Assembly: GCA_964016885.1 (NCBI GenBank) | Contig: OZ024740.1 | Span: 162,378,001 to 162,442,000 of the forward strand | Direction of reading: 5' to 3' | DNA length: 64,000 nt | DNA from: Eledone cirrhosa | Lineage: Eukaryota | Shown: positions 28,025 to 42,020 of the stretch, one piece after another | Numbering within the stretch: position 1 is the first letter of the stretch | How the letters are laid out: each line of letters begins with the position of its first letter | The notes under the pieces: generated by a model | What the model saw: only the letters and a program-made list of their open reading frames with translations | Databases searched by the model: none | What the model was told of the DNA's origin: nothing | Program-made: the position numbers and the translations under genes

Positions 28025-28621
28025 GTGTATTTTGCAATACACTTTATGCTTAATTAAAAGCATTTTGAAGACCTTATGCTATTGTTTTAGAGTAGTGACA
28101 GACTCACTTACTTTAATTTCAGCAAACAGGGGGAGATAAAGCTGACAAGGCCTTGTTTCTGCATTTATTGATGCTTATCAAAGCCAACTACTCCCTCCCG
28201 TCTGCTGAAATCACGGATGTTATGTTCTTATAGAATTCTAGTAAATAATCAGGAACTGATTATACAGAGCGGTTGCCGGTCAAGCAGAAATTAAAAATTA
28301 GAATTGGTGCTCTGAAATAGCCATATATATATGAATGTATATATAGTGTATTTTGCAATACACTTTATGCTTAATTAAAAGCATTTTGAAGACCTTATGC
28401 TATTGTTTTAGAGTAGTTGGCTTTGATAAGCATCAATAAATGCAGAAACAAGGCCTTGTCAGCTTTATCTCCCCCTGTTTGCTGAAATTAAAGTAAGTGA
28501 GTCTGTCACTACACTAAAACAATAGCATAAGGTCTTCAAAATGCTTTTAATTAAGCATAAAGTATATTGCAAAATACACTATATATACATTCATATATAT
28601 ATGGCTATTTCAGAGCACCAA

Positions 28622-28626
<5 letters not shown>
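28018..28626. mobile_element. PLE pLTR fragment present as nested direct and inverted duplications, two hammerheads
   Basis: 28018-28193 is the reverse complement of about 28411-28586. About 28299-28417 is the reverse complement of about 28510-28626. TA-flanked. Confidence 0.8.
28419..28464 (+). ncRNA. Type I hammerhead, U3-A8 variant (inverted copy at 28140-28185, -)
   Basis: ggct-TTGATAA-gcatcaataaatgc-a-GAAA-caaggccttgt-C-agct. All three stems pair; GUC triplet. Confidence 0.8.
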
Positions 28627-28690
<64 letters not shown>

Positions 28691-29224
28691 TATATATATA
28701 TGGGCTGAGAAAATCTCTTTGTTCACACCCTGAATTTACCCACCAACAGTTCGGCAAACTTGACCTTCCTCTTTTGAGAAAAGTCACGTGATGACACAGG
28801 CGAAACTACTACTATAGTAGAATGCCTCAATGTTTCCAGACAAAACCACGTTGGATAATACAGAACAAAGCCTGCCGAAGAGGGGAACTCCAGTTCCATC
28901 GTGAAAATGCATAAATGACTTGCATATACAATATGCAACTCGTGATGCAACTTCGCTCGGTCCCAGAAACCCATCGAAGATTTTTATCGATTTGTATCGA
29001 TTCGTATCCACACGAAATGGTCCAGGTTACTCTTCGACCTGTTTGTATTTATCATTGTTGTGGTATAAGTATGGCCATATGCATTTGGTCGCTTTTCTAG
29101 GTGTCACACTTTCTTATCTTTCTGTTCACTCTGGACGAAAATGTATTAACTTTTTGCAGCATTGAGCGCTTTTAAACTACCTGAAACATTTTGAATGGTA
29201 TCTGCTATATTGCGGCTACAACCT

Positions 29225-29300
<76 letters not shown>

Positions 29301-29304
<4 letters not shown>

Positions 29305-29486
29305 CAAAGAAAGTGTGGTAAGGAACCAGGTGGACCATAACGCACCAGAGTACTCGATGCTTAGGGTAGTAGAGTGGTTAATAGGAAAAGAGTCAGGACC
29401 CCGACGATTGAGCTCCGGCCGTTTCGACAGTTCCGACCTAGTTGTCGAAACGACCGGAGTTCAGCCGTTGGGCTGCTGACTCTTTT

Positions 29487-29559
<73 letters not shown>

Positions 29560-29762
29560 GTGAGGTTTTTTTTACAAATTGAAAAATAATCGAGGTGTCC
29601 TAAACGAGTGAAAGTATAAAGAAAAAGAGATGAAATCGAAAATGCAATTGGAGTCTTATTTTTTTTAAAAAATATATATATTTATTTGGTTCCTTTACCG
29701 GTTTCGCAGTTCTTCTGCTTTTCAAAAGGTGAGTTGAGATGGAGGGTCTGTGGTTTTTCTCA

Positions 29763-29818
<56 letters not shown>

Positions 29819-30027
29819 CGAAGGAAATGTGGTAAGGAACCAGGTGGACCATAACGCACCAAAGTACTCAATACTTAGGGTAGTAGAGTGGGCAATAGGA
29901 ACGAGTAGGACCCTGACGGCTGAGCTCAAGCCGTTTCGACGGCTAATTCTGGACTAAAACATTTTTTTAGTCCAGAATTAGCCGTCGAAACGGCTTGAGC
30001 TCAGCCGTCGGGGTCCTACACGTTCCT
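29301..30027. mobile_element. Two fold-back PLE 3'-end insertions of one family (29301-29491, 29816-30027) around a third pLTR fragment (29553-29760)
   Basis: Inverted repeats 29381-29429/29443-29491 and 29897-29959/29965-30027 contain a hammerhead 3' half, GAAA-cggcttgagctcagccgt-C. Relatives at 5309-5379, 31273-31335 and 39616-39751. Confidence 0.75.
29692..29729 (-). ncRNA. Minimal type I hammerhead, U3-A8 variant
   Basis: Minus strand: cctt-TTGAAAA-gcag-aagaa-ctgc-GAAA-ccggt-A-aagg. Confidence 0.8.
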
Positions 30028-30066
<39 letters not shown>

Positions 30067-30389
30067 AACTCTTTTAGCCATCTTTTGATCTTATATTATT
30101 TATACTCCAGTCCTATAAACTGTAGAGTTCTACTTATCCGATATTTGCATTGCTTTATTGTGCTACATTAAAACTCACCTCCTACATATATATATATATA
30201 CGGGATAACAGCTTATTGTTATAGGTAGTCCACTTAGATGTAGTCCAGTTAGAGTACTCTGTATCGTGGATGGTATTAACGTATGGCTTAGTTTGACTCG
30301 ACAAGACGTTTCCATAGTGATGCTGCGAGTTCGCGGCGATTTCTATGTAGTTTATACTTGGAGTAATAATAATAATATATATATATTTT

Positions 30390-30473
<84 letters not shown>

Positions 30474-30524
30474 TGTGAATGTGTGTGTCTGTATGAATAA
30501 CATTATTATCTACTGGTACTAAGA

Positions 30525-30737
30525 GCGGTGGATTGGCAGTATCGGTAGAGGGTCGGACGCCATGCTTTGCAGCATAGAGTTACGACCCTTTATGGTCTGA
30601 GTTCTAATCCAGCCGAGGTTAACTTTGCCTTTCATCCTTACGGGGTCAATAAAATAAAGTACCAGTCACGCACTGGGGTCGATTTAATCGACTTTCCCCT
30701 CCTCCAAAAATGCTGGCCTATATAAAAAACCATAATT
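30525..30737 (+). mobile_element. Full-length tRNA-derived SINE
   Basis: A-box-like tggcagtatcggtag, B-box-like gagttctaatcc, conserved core and tail. A 5' piece also lies at 27190-27258. Confidence 0.9.
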
Positions 30738-31393
30738 ATGTACTGGTTCGCGTGCACATAAGTATGTAGGACTGGTTGGAAACAGTGAGAAGAAACAGTA
30801 TATTAAGAGGAAAGGAATGATGCAAAATATATATTTAAAAACAACATTAGAGAATGTATGTGCAAACGTGGCTAAGAGGAATATATATCTGTATCGTAAA
30901 CATATTGAGGGAAAGATTTCCTTAAGGGGAAAATAGTAAAAGCAACTGAAAAAAAACAATGAAACAATGTATGATCTGAGTAAGAAAAGAAATTATGGTG
31001 TTGAAGAAACGTTGGGGGATGAAAATAAAGGAAGGAGTATTATATATTAGGAAAACCATGTATTTATGACAATATATGATATATATGACCGAATGAGAAG
31101 TGAACTAAAATATGTTGTTCGACCTGAAGTTACTACTCACTCATACACACATGAGCACACACACGCACCGGGCGCGCACACACACATATACACAAGCACA
31201 TACACACACGCGCGAAAACACACACACACATACGCACACACACACACACACAGCGCGCGCGCACATATATATCTGACTGGAATTGGTTGTTGAAACGGCA
31301 AGAGCTCAGTAGTCGGGGCCCTGACTCTCTATTGTATATATATAACATACATTCGTACGTAGGAACGTATCTGTGTGTATATATATATATATA

Positions 31394-31441
<48 letters not shown>

Positions 31442-31522
31442 GATATATATAATATGTATACATATATATATATATAAATATATACGATATATATAATATG
31501 TATACATATATATATGTATATA

Positions 31523-31694
<172 letters not shown>

Positions 31695-31728
31695 TAAAAT
31701 AACAGATTTTAGTCTTCAAATTTATTAC

Positions 31729-31786
<58 letters not shown>

Positions 31787-31875
31787 GAGCTTCTACTGGA
31801 CTAGAGCTGTTTCATTCGTGAGAAATCATTCTGATGATTTCTCACGAAAGAATATATATATATATGCATATATAT

Positions 31876-31966
<91 letters not shown>

Positions 31967-32054
31967 GGCAAAGTGAGTGAGAGAAAGAGAAGGAGGAAGT
32001 ATAAGTGAGAGCATGAGCATATGTGTGTGTGAGAAAGAGAGGAGGATATATATA

Positions 32055-32140
<86 letters not shown>

Positions 32141-32308
32141 AGAGGGAGACAGAGAAGGGATAAGAATGAGAATCCAGTTCGAAATACTTTAAGACGAAAA
32201 AAACCTTTCATTTTCATCTTCTGACTGTATAATCGGAAATAAAGAATTATTATATGAAAAAATTAGACATGAGGAATTAAGAAATGATGACAATGACAAG
32301 ATTATTAT

Positions 32309-34720
32309 TGGTGTTGTAGTTGTTATTGCTGTTATTGTAGTTGTTATTGCTGTTATTGTAGTTGTTATTGCTGTTATTGAAGTTGTTATTGCTGTTATTG
32401 TAGTTGTTATTGCTGTTATTGAAGTTGTTATTGCTGTTATTGTAGTTGTTATTGCTGTTATTGTAGTTGTTATTGCTGTTATTGAAGTTGTTATTGCTGT
32501 TATTGTAGTTGTTATTGCTGTTATTGTTGTTGTTATTGCTGTTATTGAAGTTGTTATTGCTGTTATTGTAGTTGTTATTGCTGTTATTGTTGTTGTTATT
32601 GCTGTTATTGAAGTTGTTATTGCTGTTATTGTAGTTGTTATTGCTGTTATTGTTGTTGTTATTGCTGTTATTGTTGTTGTTATTGCTGTTATTGTAGTTG
32701 TTATTGCTGTTATTGTAGTTGTTATTGCTGTTATTGTAGTTGTTATTGCTGTTATTGAAGTTGTTATTGCTGTTATTGTAGTTGTTATTGCTGTTATTGT
32801 TGTTGTTATTGCTGTTATTGTTGTTGTTATTGCTGTTATTGTAGTTGTTATTGGTGTTATTGTTGTTGTTATTGCTGTTATTGTAGTTGTTATTGCTGTT
32901 ATTGTAGTTGTTATTGCTGTTATTGTAGTTGTTATCGCTGTTATTGTAGTTGTTATTGCTGTTATTGTAGTTGTTATTGCTGTTATTGTAGTTGTTATTG
33001 CTGTTATTGTAGTTGTTATTGCTGTTATTGTAGTTGTTATTGCTGTTATTGTAGTTGTTATTGCTGTTATTGTTGTTGTTATTGCTGTTATTGTAGTTGT
33101 TATTGCTGTTATTGTAGTTGTTATTGCTGTTATTGTAGTTGTTATTGCTGTTATTGTTGTTGTTATTGCTGTTATTGTAGTTGTTATTGCTGTTATTGTA
33201 GTTGTTATTGCTGTTATTGTAGTTGTTATTGCTGTTATTGTAGTTGTTATTGCTGTTATTGTTGTTGTTATTGCTGTTATTGTAGTTGTTATTGCTGTTA
33301 TTGTAGTTGTTATTGCTGTTATTGTTGTTGTTATTGCTGTTATTGTAGTTGTTATTGCTGTTATTGTAGTTGTTATTGCTGTTATTGCTGTTGTTATTGT
33401 TGTTGTTATTGCTGTTATTGTTGTTTTTATTGCTATTATTGTAGTTGTTATTGCTGTTATTGTAGTTGTTATTGCTGTTATTGTAGTTGTTATTGCTGTT
33501 ATTGTAGTTGTTATTGCTGTTATTGTTGTTGTTATTGCTGTTATTGTAGTTGTTATTGCTGTTATTGTTGTTGTTATTGTTGTTGTTATTGCTGTTATTC
33601 TTGTTGTTATTGCTGTTATTGTAGTTGTTATTGCTGTTATTGTTGTTGTTATTGTTGTTGTTATTGCTGTTATTGTTGTTGTTATTGCTGTTATTGTAGT
33701 TGTTATTGCTGTTATTGTAGTTGTTATTGCTGTTATTGTTGTTGTTATTGCTGTTATTGTTGTCGTTATTGCTGTTATTGTTGTTGTTATTGCTGTTATT
33801 GTAGTTGTTATTGCTGTTATTGTAGTTGTTATTGCTGTTATTGTTGTTGTTATTGCTGTTATTGTTGTCGTTATTGCTGTTATTGTTGTTGTTATTGCTG
33901 TTATTGTAGTTGTTATTGCTGTTATTGTAGTTGTTATTGCTGTTATTGTTGTTGTTATTGCTGTTATTGTAGTTGTTATTGCTGTTATTGTAGTTGTTAT
34001 TGCTGTTATTGTAGTTGTTATTGCTGTTATTGTAGTTGTTATTGCTGTTATTGTTGTTGTTATTGGTGTTATTGTAGTTGTTATTGCTGTTATTGTAATT
34101 GTTATTGCTGTTATTGTAGTTGTTATTGCTGTTATTGTTGTTGTTATTGGTGTTATTGTTGTTGTTATTGCTGTTATTGTAGTTGTTATTGCTGTTATTG
34201 TAGTTGTTATTGCTGTTATTGTTGTTGTTATTGGTGTTATTGTAGTTGTTATTGCTGTTATTGTAGTTGCTATTGCTGTTATTGAGTTGTTATTGCTGTT
34301 ATTGAAGTTGTTATTGCTGTTATTGTAGTTGTTATTGCTATTATTGTTGTTGTTATTGCTGTTATTGAACTTGTTATTGCTGTTATTGTACTGTTATTGC
34401 TGTTATTGTTGTTGTTATTGCTGTTATTGTTGTTGTTATTACTGTTATTTTAGTTGTTATTGCTGTTATTGTTGTTGTTATTACTGTTATTTTAGTTGTT
34501 ATTGCTGTTATTGTAGTTGTTATTGCTGTTATTGTTGTTGTTATTGCTGTTATTGTTGTTGTTATTACTGTTATTTTAGTCGTTATTGTAGTTGTTATTG
34601 CTGTTATTGTTGTTGTTATTGCTGTTATTGTAGTTGTTATTGCTGTTATTGAAGTTGTTATTGCTGTTATTGTTGTTGTTATGCTGTTATTGTTGTTGTT
34701 ATTGCTGTTATTGTTGTTGT
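32309..34720. repeat. 21-bp minisatellite (GTTGTTATTGCTGTTATTGTA)n, about 110 units, followed by (GTA)n/(GCA)n to about 34960
   Basis: Directly visible; the variable triplet is gta/gtt/gaa. Confidence 0.97.
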
Positions 34721-34795
34721 GATGGTAGTGCTGGTGGTTGTTGTTTTAGTAGTAGTGGTAGTAGTGGTGGTGGTGGTAGTAGTACCAGCAGCAGC

Positions 34796-34868
<73 letters not shown>

Positions 34869-34902
34869 ACAGCAGCAGTAGTTTTCGTAGTTTTCGTAGT
34901 TT

Positions 34903-34954
<52 letters not shown>

Positions 34955-35118
34955 TGTTGTTTCATCTGATTACTGCAAAGGAGAAAATGTTTTTGGAACT
35001 AAAAAGCATGTTATTTTAAAAAATTGTTTCAAAATAATTCAAAAAGAAAAAGAACATCGTTCTCTTCCTCTCTTCTTTCGCCCCTCTCTCTATCTCTCTT
35101 TCTCTCTCTAACTCTCTC

Positions 35119-35193
<75 letters not shown>

Positions 35194-35368
35194 TTATATA
35201 TACATATATACATTTTGACTATGATAAAAAAGTTATTAAACACATATACATATCTATGGTTGCGTGTGCATAGAAAAAATAAAGAATGAAATTATATATA
35301 TATACAAATACATACATATATCTATATTTATGTATAAATATACATATATAGACACACACACATGCACA

Positions 35369-35436
<68 letters not shown>

Positions 35437-35566
35437 TAATGTAAGTATATATATGTATGTATATATATGTATATAACTATCTATCTATATATATGTATGT
35501 ATGCATCTATCTATATATCTATCTATATATCTATCTATATATCTATCTATCTATCTATCTATCTCA

Positions 35567-35638
<72 letters not shown>

Positions 35639-36239
35639 ACGTAACAAAAGAGTAAAAATGTCAATAACAACTACAAGAAACATCAACCATAATTAACAGT
35701 AGTATAATGATCTCATATTTTATTTATCTCTCTTTTGTTACAATAAAAAAGCACAACAACGACAACAACAATACAATTTAATGATAGAGATGAAACCAGA
35801 AATAGAAAAGATGGATCAAAATATATATTCTTCGTTTGTACTTATATATTTCTTTGAACTTGCGACCTGAAAACTCATTGCGTTCATATGTTACTTTGTG
35901 CACGCATGCGTGTAAGTACGCGTGAGTTTGTACGTGCGTGACTGCAGGATTCTGGGAATCTGTATGTTTGTATGTGTGGGCGGGAGTGAGTGTTTGTGTC
36001 GATGTGTTTGTGTGTGTATGTATGTTCCAACGTATGTGTACGAATGTATCCTGTGTGGGTGTTCCTTTTGCTTTGTTTCCACATACATGCAGTCCCCACC
36101 ATACACACAGACCCACACATATATATATATTAATTAACTATACCATATAGCACTAACACAGTGTGATTCAAAATAAAGGTATATATGAAAACATATACAA
36201 TATGTTTATTATATAATAAACATATATATGTCTCTCTAT

Positions 36240-36527
36240 CATCCGTGTAAGAACGCCCTGCACACGTATTTCTTATCCTCCCACAGTGGGCAGCCACACG
36301 AACCTGTAACATAACCTGAACAAACAATGTCTGTGCTTTGAAGGTTTTTAAGTGGGGAAACTCCTTGCACTCGACCAATCCACTCTCTGAGCATCGAAAA
36401 CACTACCCGAAAAGGAGAACTGGTCAACATCATCGGATGCTACCTTCTCTTAGAAAGGTGTTGTGACAACAACTGGGGGCTTTTCACTCCCAGGTGAAAA
36501 GAAAAGTACTATACATACATACATACA

Positions 36528-36558
<31 letters not shown>

Positions 36559-37531
36559 TTACATACATACATTCATACATACATACATGCATATATACAT
36601 ACGTAATGGCTGTAACTCGATTTCTTAAGCATGAGCATCATGGATGTGGCTTTTTAGTCCTGCTAGGGACTTGTCGATGGCTACCAATACCATGCATCGC
36701 AAAAAATGTCAGATATCAAGCGATGCCTGTGCTTGAAGCTTTTTTAAGTGAGGAAAGGCTTTCCACTGGGCCAATCTCACTTTCTGAACATTTAACGCAT
36801 TTACCAAAAAAAGAACTAGTCTACAGGATTGGATGCAAACGATGTCGCAGTTTTATATCAGCGTGACCTTCACTTAGAGAGATGTCTTGATGACGACTAA
36901 GAGTCTCTTGCTCCACAAAAATGCATACATACATACATACATACATACATTCATACATGCATACATACATACATGGTGGTGGCTGCCAACTCGTTTTCGA
37001 GTACGGCCACTACTTTATATCCATGTAGGGGAACCCCTACCAATGGGCTGAACGAGTGTGACTTTTTAGTCCAGCCAGCGACTTGAAAATTCTGGTACAA
37101 ACACTACACTTGTGACAAATATTGACACATAGTGCTGGGCTCATGGTACCATGTGACGACAAGTGCAGAGAGATCTCCAGATATAAAGCAATGCCTGTGC
37201 CATGAAGCTTTTATAGTGAGCAAAGGCACTGCACAAAGCCAGTCCTACTCTCTTAACCAAGATGATATTTACCAAAAAGAAGAACAAATCAACATCATTG
37301 GATACCATCAGGGTTGCAGATGTTATATCAGAGTTTTCCTTCTCCTAGAATTCTGCCTTGACAAAGGCTAAGGCGTCATCTCTCCCGGTGATTTTGGATG
37401 GCCATTGACTCTTAAGAGCTCCTTTGCCCTTTGACAGCTTTTGTTTTCCTGCAGGATGTCCAAAGTCACCCTCCTCACCAAGAAACCTTGGTGGGGTCGC
37501 CAGTTTAGTCGCCAACGACCCGACCATGAGA
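36240..37531 (-). mobile_element. Three diverged copies of an RTE-like 5' region separated by (TACA)n
   Basis: Shared atg(c/t)ctgtgc..tgaag..ttt..agtg block at about 36327, 36723 and 37191. The last copy ends in ccagtttagtcgccaacgacccgaccatgag. Confidence 0.55.
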
Positions 37532-37632
37532 CATACTTACATACTTACATACATACGTACATACATACATACATACATACATACATACATACATACATAC
37601 ATACATACATACATACATACATACATACATAC

Positions 37633-38933
37633 AGAGGCCTAACATCAGTCCAGACAACATTTGAATGTCGCATCATATCTCTCCGACAACATCTACGAAC
37701 CTCGAAGCGTAGGAGCTCGTTTCTCGAGCAAGTCTATCTGCATGAAACAGATAAGATCATGAGAGTTGGGAAGGAACTCCTCGAGAGATATTCCCAGTGT
37801 GATAATCAAAAACTCACACCCAGGGATGTCGCTCAGCAGTATCGCAGTGAATCCATGGATGAAAAACTGCATGCTTATCATCAAAAAATCATGCATGGAT
37901 ATGTTGCCAGGAAGCTCCAGCATGAGAGTAATATAGATAAAGAAAGTAGTTTATCTTGGAGCAACAAATGCTATATTGGCTCCCACTTTGAAGGATACGC
38001 TTTTGCAATCCAGAAACAGGTGACATACCTGATTCACAAAAGAGATAGGGATGCAGGCAAAACACCTAGATGTGATAACAAGTGCAGACTCTGCAGAACT
38101 AACATCGAGGATATCACCCATGTCATCAGAAGCTGTCCAAAGATGTCATCGCGGTACTATCTACCTTCTGAGGCATGATGTAGTGGCCAACACAATGTAC
38201 AATGCAGTTCATAAAAAAGATAGCCCCGATAATAAACACATTAAAAGCTACAGCAATGTGGAAGACATCCATGTACATAATATGAAAGAGTACTGGTGGA
38301 ATGTTCCAGTAAAAACCCCAATAAAATGCAGGCATAACAGACCAGATATTATGGTATGGGACAGGGAGAAGAAAGCATGCACAGTAGTGGAAATTAGCTG
38401 CCTAGCAGATGCCAATATAATATCAAAGATTAGTGAAAAGGAGAATATTTATGCAGAACTGATGAGAAATCTGCAGACACTCCACCCTGATTACACCTTC
38501 AGATTTATGCCTGTGATTATTGGGGCACTGGTATATGTTAGTAACTGCCTCAATACTAATCTTGATAATCTAGGCTTCACAGGAACAGAAAGAACACAAC
38601 TAGTTAGGAAATTACAAGTACAATCCAGTAAAAATAGTAAAATAGTAAAATAGTAAAATAGTAAAAAATATGGAACAGTAAAAATATGTAAAACATTCCA
38701 AAAATGTTGCATCTAATAACTGCATATACAGATGCAAAGCATATACACATGCACACATACAACTCAAAACATACACATCCACACATACAATAACATCCAT
38801 ATCTACACATACATGCATACATACATATCTACCTAGTTGATGTGAAAATTCCAATGAAAGAGGTTTGTGTCTATGTTAGAAACCGACTCTCTCTCTATTG
38901 GTTAAACTTTGTGAAATTGTAAAACCAGAAGAA
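37633..38933 (+). mobile_element. R4/Dong-clade non-LTR retrotransposon, 5'-truncated, in (TACA)n
   Basis: CRLCRTNIEDITHVIRSC (CCHC), RHD, HNRPDIMVWD..VVEISC..EKENIY (PD-D/ExK RLE), PVIIGAL. (TACA)n on both sides. Confidence 0.9.
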
Positions 38934-39752
38934 CATACATACATACATAGTTATGGACCACGATACATGATGGATCTCATGACTAACCAGTTCAGTATTT
39001 TTGATGTAGTCTCCGAGCTGCTAGCCAATATGTGGGTCTACAGTTTATCCGATCCGATGAACCTACTTTACATTTATTCTCCTATTTAAGCACCAAACCT
39101 CTTAAGTCTTTAAATGTTTTGGGTAATCACTTTATGCCATCTTATGTTACTTAACATATTTTATTTATGAAGTTATCTTCCTACATAATCCTTACACCAT
39201 TTTGTATATTGCTTTATATATCGTTTAAATTTCTTATATGTATATATCTTTGCATATTTGCTTTAAATAATTTTTATATAGATACTTATGTATCACATTG
39301 CATGTAGTTTCTTTCACTTATATTCAACTTGCACTTATGTACGACCTATATTCCTTTCACCCACCGATATCATCATCGGGCATCTTAATATCTCCTAATA
39401 CATTTTTTGTGTTACAACATCGACCTTATCCACTTTATTGATTTGATAACTGATAAACACTAAGCGGTAATCTTTTTTTACAATTTGACTTTGCATCCAA
39501 CCATATTCACCCTTTTATTTTCTCAATCTTCCTACATTTCTCCCCATCATCGTTTCTATATATATATTTAATCATTTTCATGGAGTTTTTAAAATAATTG
39601 TATATATATATATATGGGGTTAAACGTTCTCCTATTACCCACTCTACTACCCGAAGTATTGAGTACTCTGGTGCGTTATGGTCCATCTAATTCTTTACCA
39701 CACCTCCGTCGTTATGGTCCATCTAATTCTTTACCACACCTCCGTCGTTATG

Positions 39753-39847
<95 letters not shown>

Positions 39848-39972
39848 GGGGTAACAAATAATAGTTATATCCAGTCCCTGGATATAATTGTTGTTATTGT
39901 TCTAACTGAATGCCATTACTACTTCATATAGTAGCCTGTATATTCCTTTCATGCCTGTATATTCTCTTCATT

Positions 39973-40091
39973 CTCGCATGCTCCGAAGAACTGACTGGTT
40001 ATAATTTTGTATTGGCGATCGAGTAACGTGAAAACAAGCGAATAGCGATCTCTAGACCTACCAGTTCAGAGAAACAATTGTCAGCAATGAG
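39973..40091 (+). ncRNA. Type I hammerhead with long stem II insertion and U4C core
   Basis: tgct-CCGAAGA-actgactggt...accagttcaga-GAAA-caattgt-C-agca, inside a TA-flanked insertion 39847-40140. Confidence 0.65.
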
Positions 40092-40138
40092 ATTAAAAAC
40101 CTTTTTTGTATTGCAAACCATGTCAATCTTCTTTCCTG

Positions 40139-40213
<75 letters not shown>

Positions 40214-40715
40214 GACAGTGTTGTTAAAATCAGCGGCATATTGATTCAGACGTTTTAAATTTGAAGTGGCAAAATCCTTTGAGCTGATATAAAATTACTT
40301 ATGCAACTTCCTGTGAGTAAATCACTTTATGACACCATATCTCCGAGCATGATTGATAAAGAAACGGTCAACTCGGAAAGACACTCGCCGATTTCTCCGA
40401 TGCTTTCCTTTATGAATCTCTTGATAATGGAAGCTACATCCAAAATATTGGGATTAATAATTTGCTAAAGTAACAATCAGTTGTCCATTTTTCTCTTCCT
40501 TCTCTCACTCTTTGTGTTCTACCTCACCTCTCTCAATGCTCTTTCGTATTTGTTGCCTTAGTTTTATAACGGTGTCCTAAACATATCCACCTTTCTTCTT
40601 TCCTTCGAGCCAACTCACATCTAGCCGCTCCTTCGAGGTAATATTTTACCCAACGCCGCTTTGACGGTATTTTGCTGTTCTAACAGCTTCCATACGCCGA
40701 GTTCTCCAATTTTCA

Positions 40716-40798
<83 letters not shown>

Positions 40799-40970
40799 GA
40801 ATATGCAAGAGAGATAAATACAAATATAAACATACATGTGTTCGAATTGTAAAGGACCAGGTTCACTAAGGTGAAAAAAATACTAACTATACCAATATGG
40901 TTTGCCAGACTTAATTTAAAGTAATAAATCAAGAAAAAGAAGAACAAACCTATATTGGGAAACTGCCTGA

Positions 40971-41050
40971 AACACCTAGACAGTTATAGGAACTGTTTCG
41001 CAAATTATTAAGCGAAGGAATCACCAACTTTCTGCTCATCAGTAGGTGTT
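40971..41050 (-). ncRNA. Canonical type I hammerhead ribozyme
   Basis: Minus strand: aacaccta-CTGATGA-gcaga...tttgc-GAAA-cagtt-cctat-aactgt-C-taggtgtt. 8-bp stem I, 6-bp stem III, GUC. Lies within a microsatellite-flanked segment 40795-41483. Confidence 0.93.
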
Positions 41051-41491
41051 AAAAATTAGCAATCCTTCCACTTCTAAGTATTAATTGCCTTAAATTATAT
41101 GTAAATAAATCTACATCAAACAAAATCCATTTATGAACTTACGCAAACGTAATCCAAATATCTACACTCAACCTTACACAACAGGTACATACCACACTGG
41201 ACATAATGTAAAGCTAGTCACGATCTTCAAAACAATACCTAAACCACTCCCATCATAACAATCTAGCCTACATCAATTACTAATGACTCATCAGACTCTT
41301 TCAGCCCTTGTGACTTTCTCTATGGTTGAAAAGCACTGTCAGTGCATCACTATCTCCAAGAAAACCACAAGGATTAAAACAATTTTACAAGGCTGTTAAC
41401 ACGTCATGTATAAACGCATAGGGTCAACCCTACTTTCTGGGGAATTGAGAGCTTTATTTATTCCGTAAATACTTTATTCCTAAACACACAC

Positions 41492-41603
<112 letters not shown>

Positions 41604-41829
41604 AGATATATATATGTATATGTATATAAATATATGCTTATATATCCATGTATATATATATATATTAATATATGTAATTATAATCTGTGTAGGGTGATGA
41701 ATTAACAGAATTGTTATAGCGTGGGACAGCATGACGTAAAGCATTTATTCCGTTCGGATATAAAATCTCTCTGAGGTGAACTTGAACTTTCAACCTTCTG
41801 GGGTCGATAAAATAAAGTACTAGTCAATC

Positions 41830-42020
41830 AATAATTGTTTCTACTTTTGCCACAAGACCAGAAATTACTCCAGAGCACTACTGGTGCTTTATTTTATCAA
41901 CCCCGTAAGGATAAAAGGCAATGTTAACCTTGGTTGGATTTGAATTCAGAACGTAAAGGGCCATAACTCTATGCTGCAAAACATGGTGCCGACGCTCTAC
42001 TGATACTCCCAATCCACCGC
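41830..42020 (-). mobile_element. tRNA-derived SINE, tail-to-tail with a partial + copy at about 41745-41828
   Basis: Same core and tail as the other copies. Confidence 0.85.

Noticed and set aside
28700-29225. Possible exon or mariner relic
   Set aside because: No convincing protein motif or paired TIRs in any frame; left unassigned.
32309-34720. CRISPR-like array or tRNA genes
   Set aside because: No unique spacers here; A/B-box sequences in the window are SINE heads and do not form full cloverleafs.
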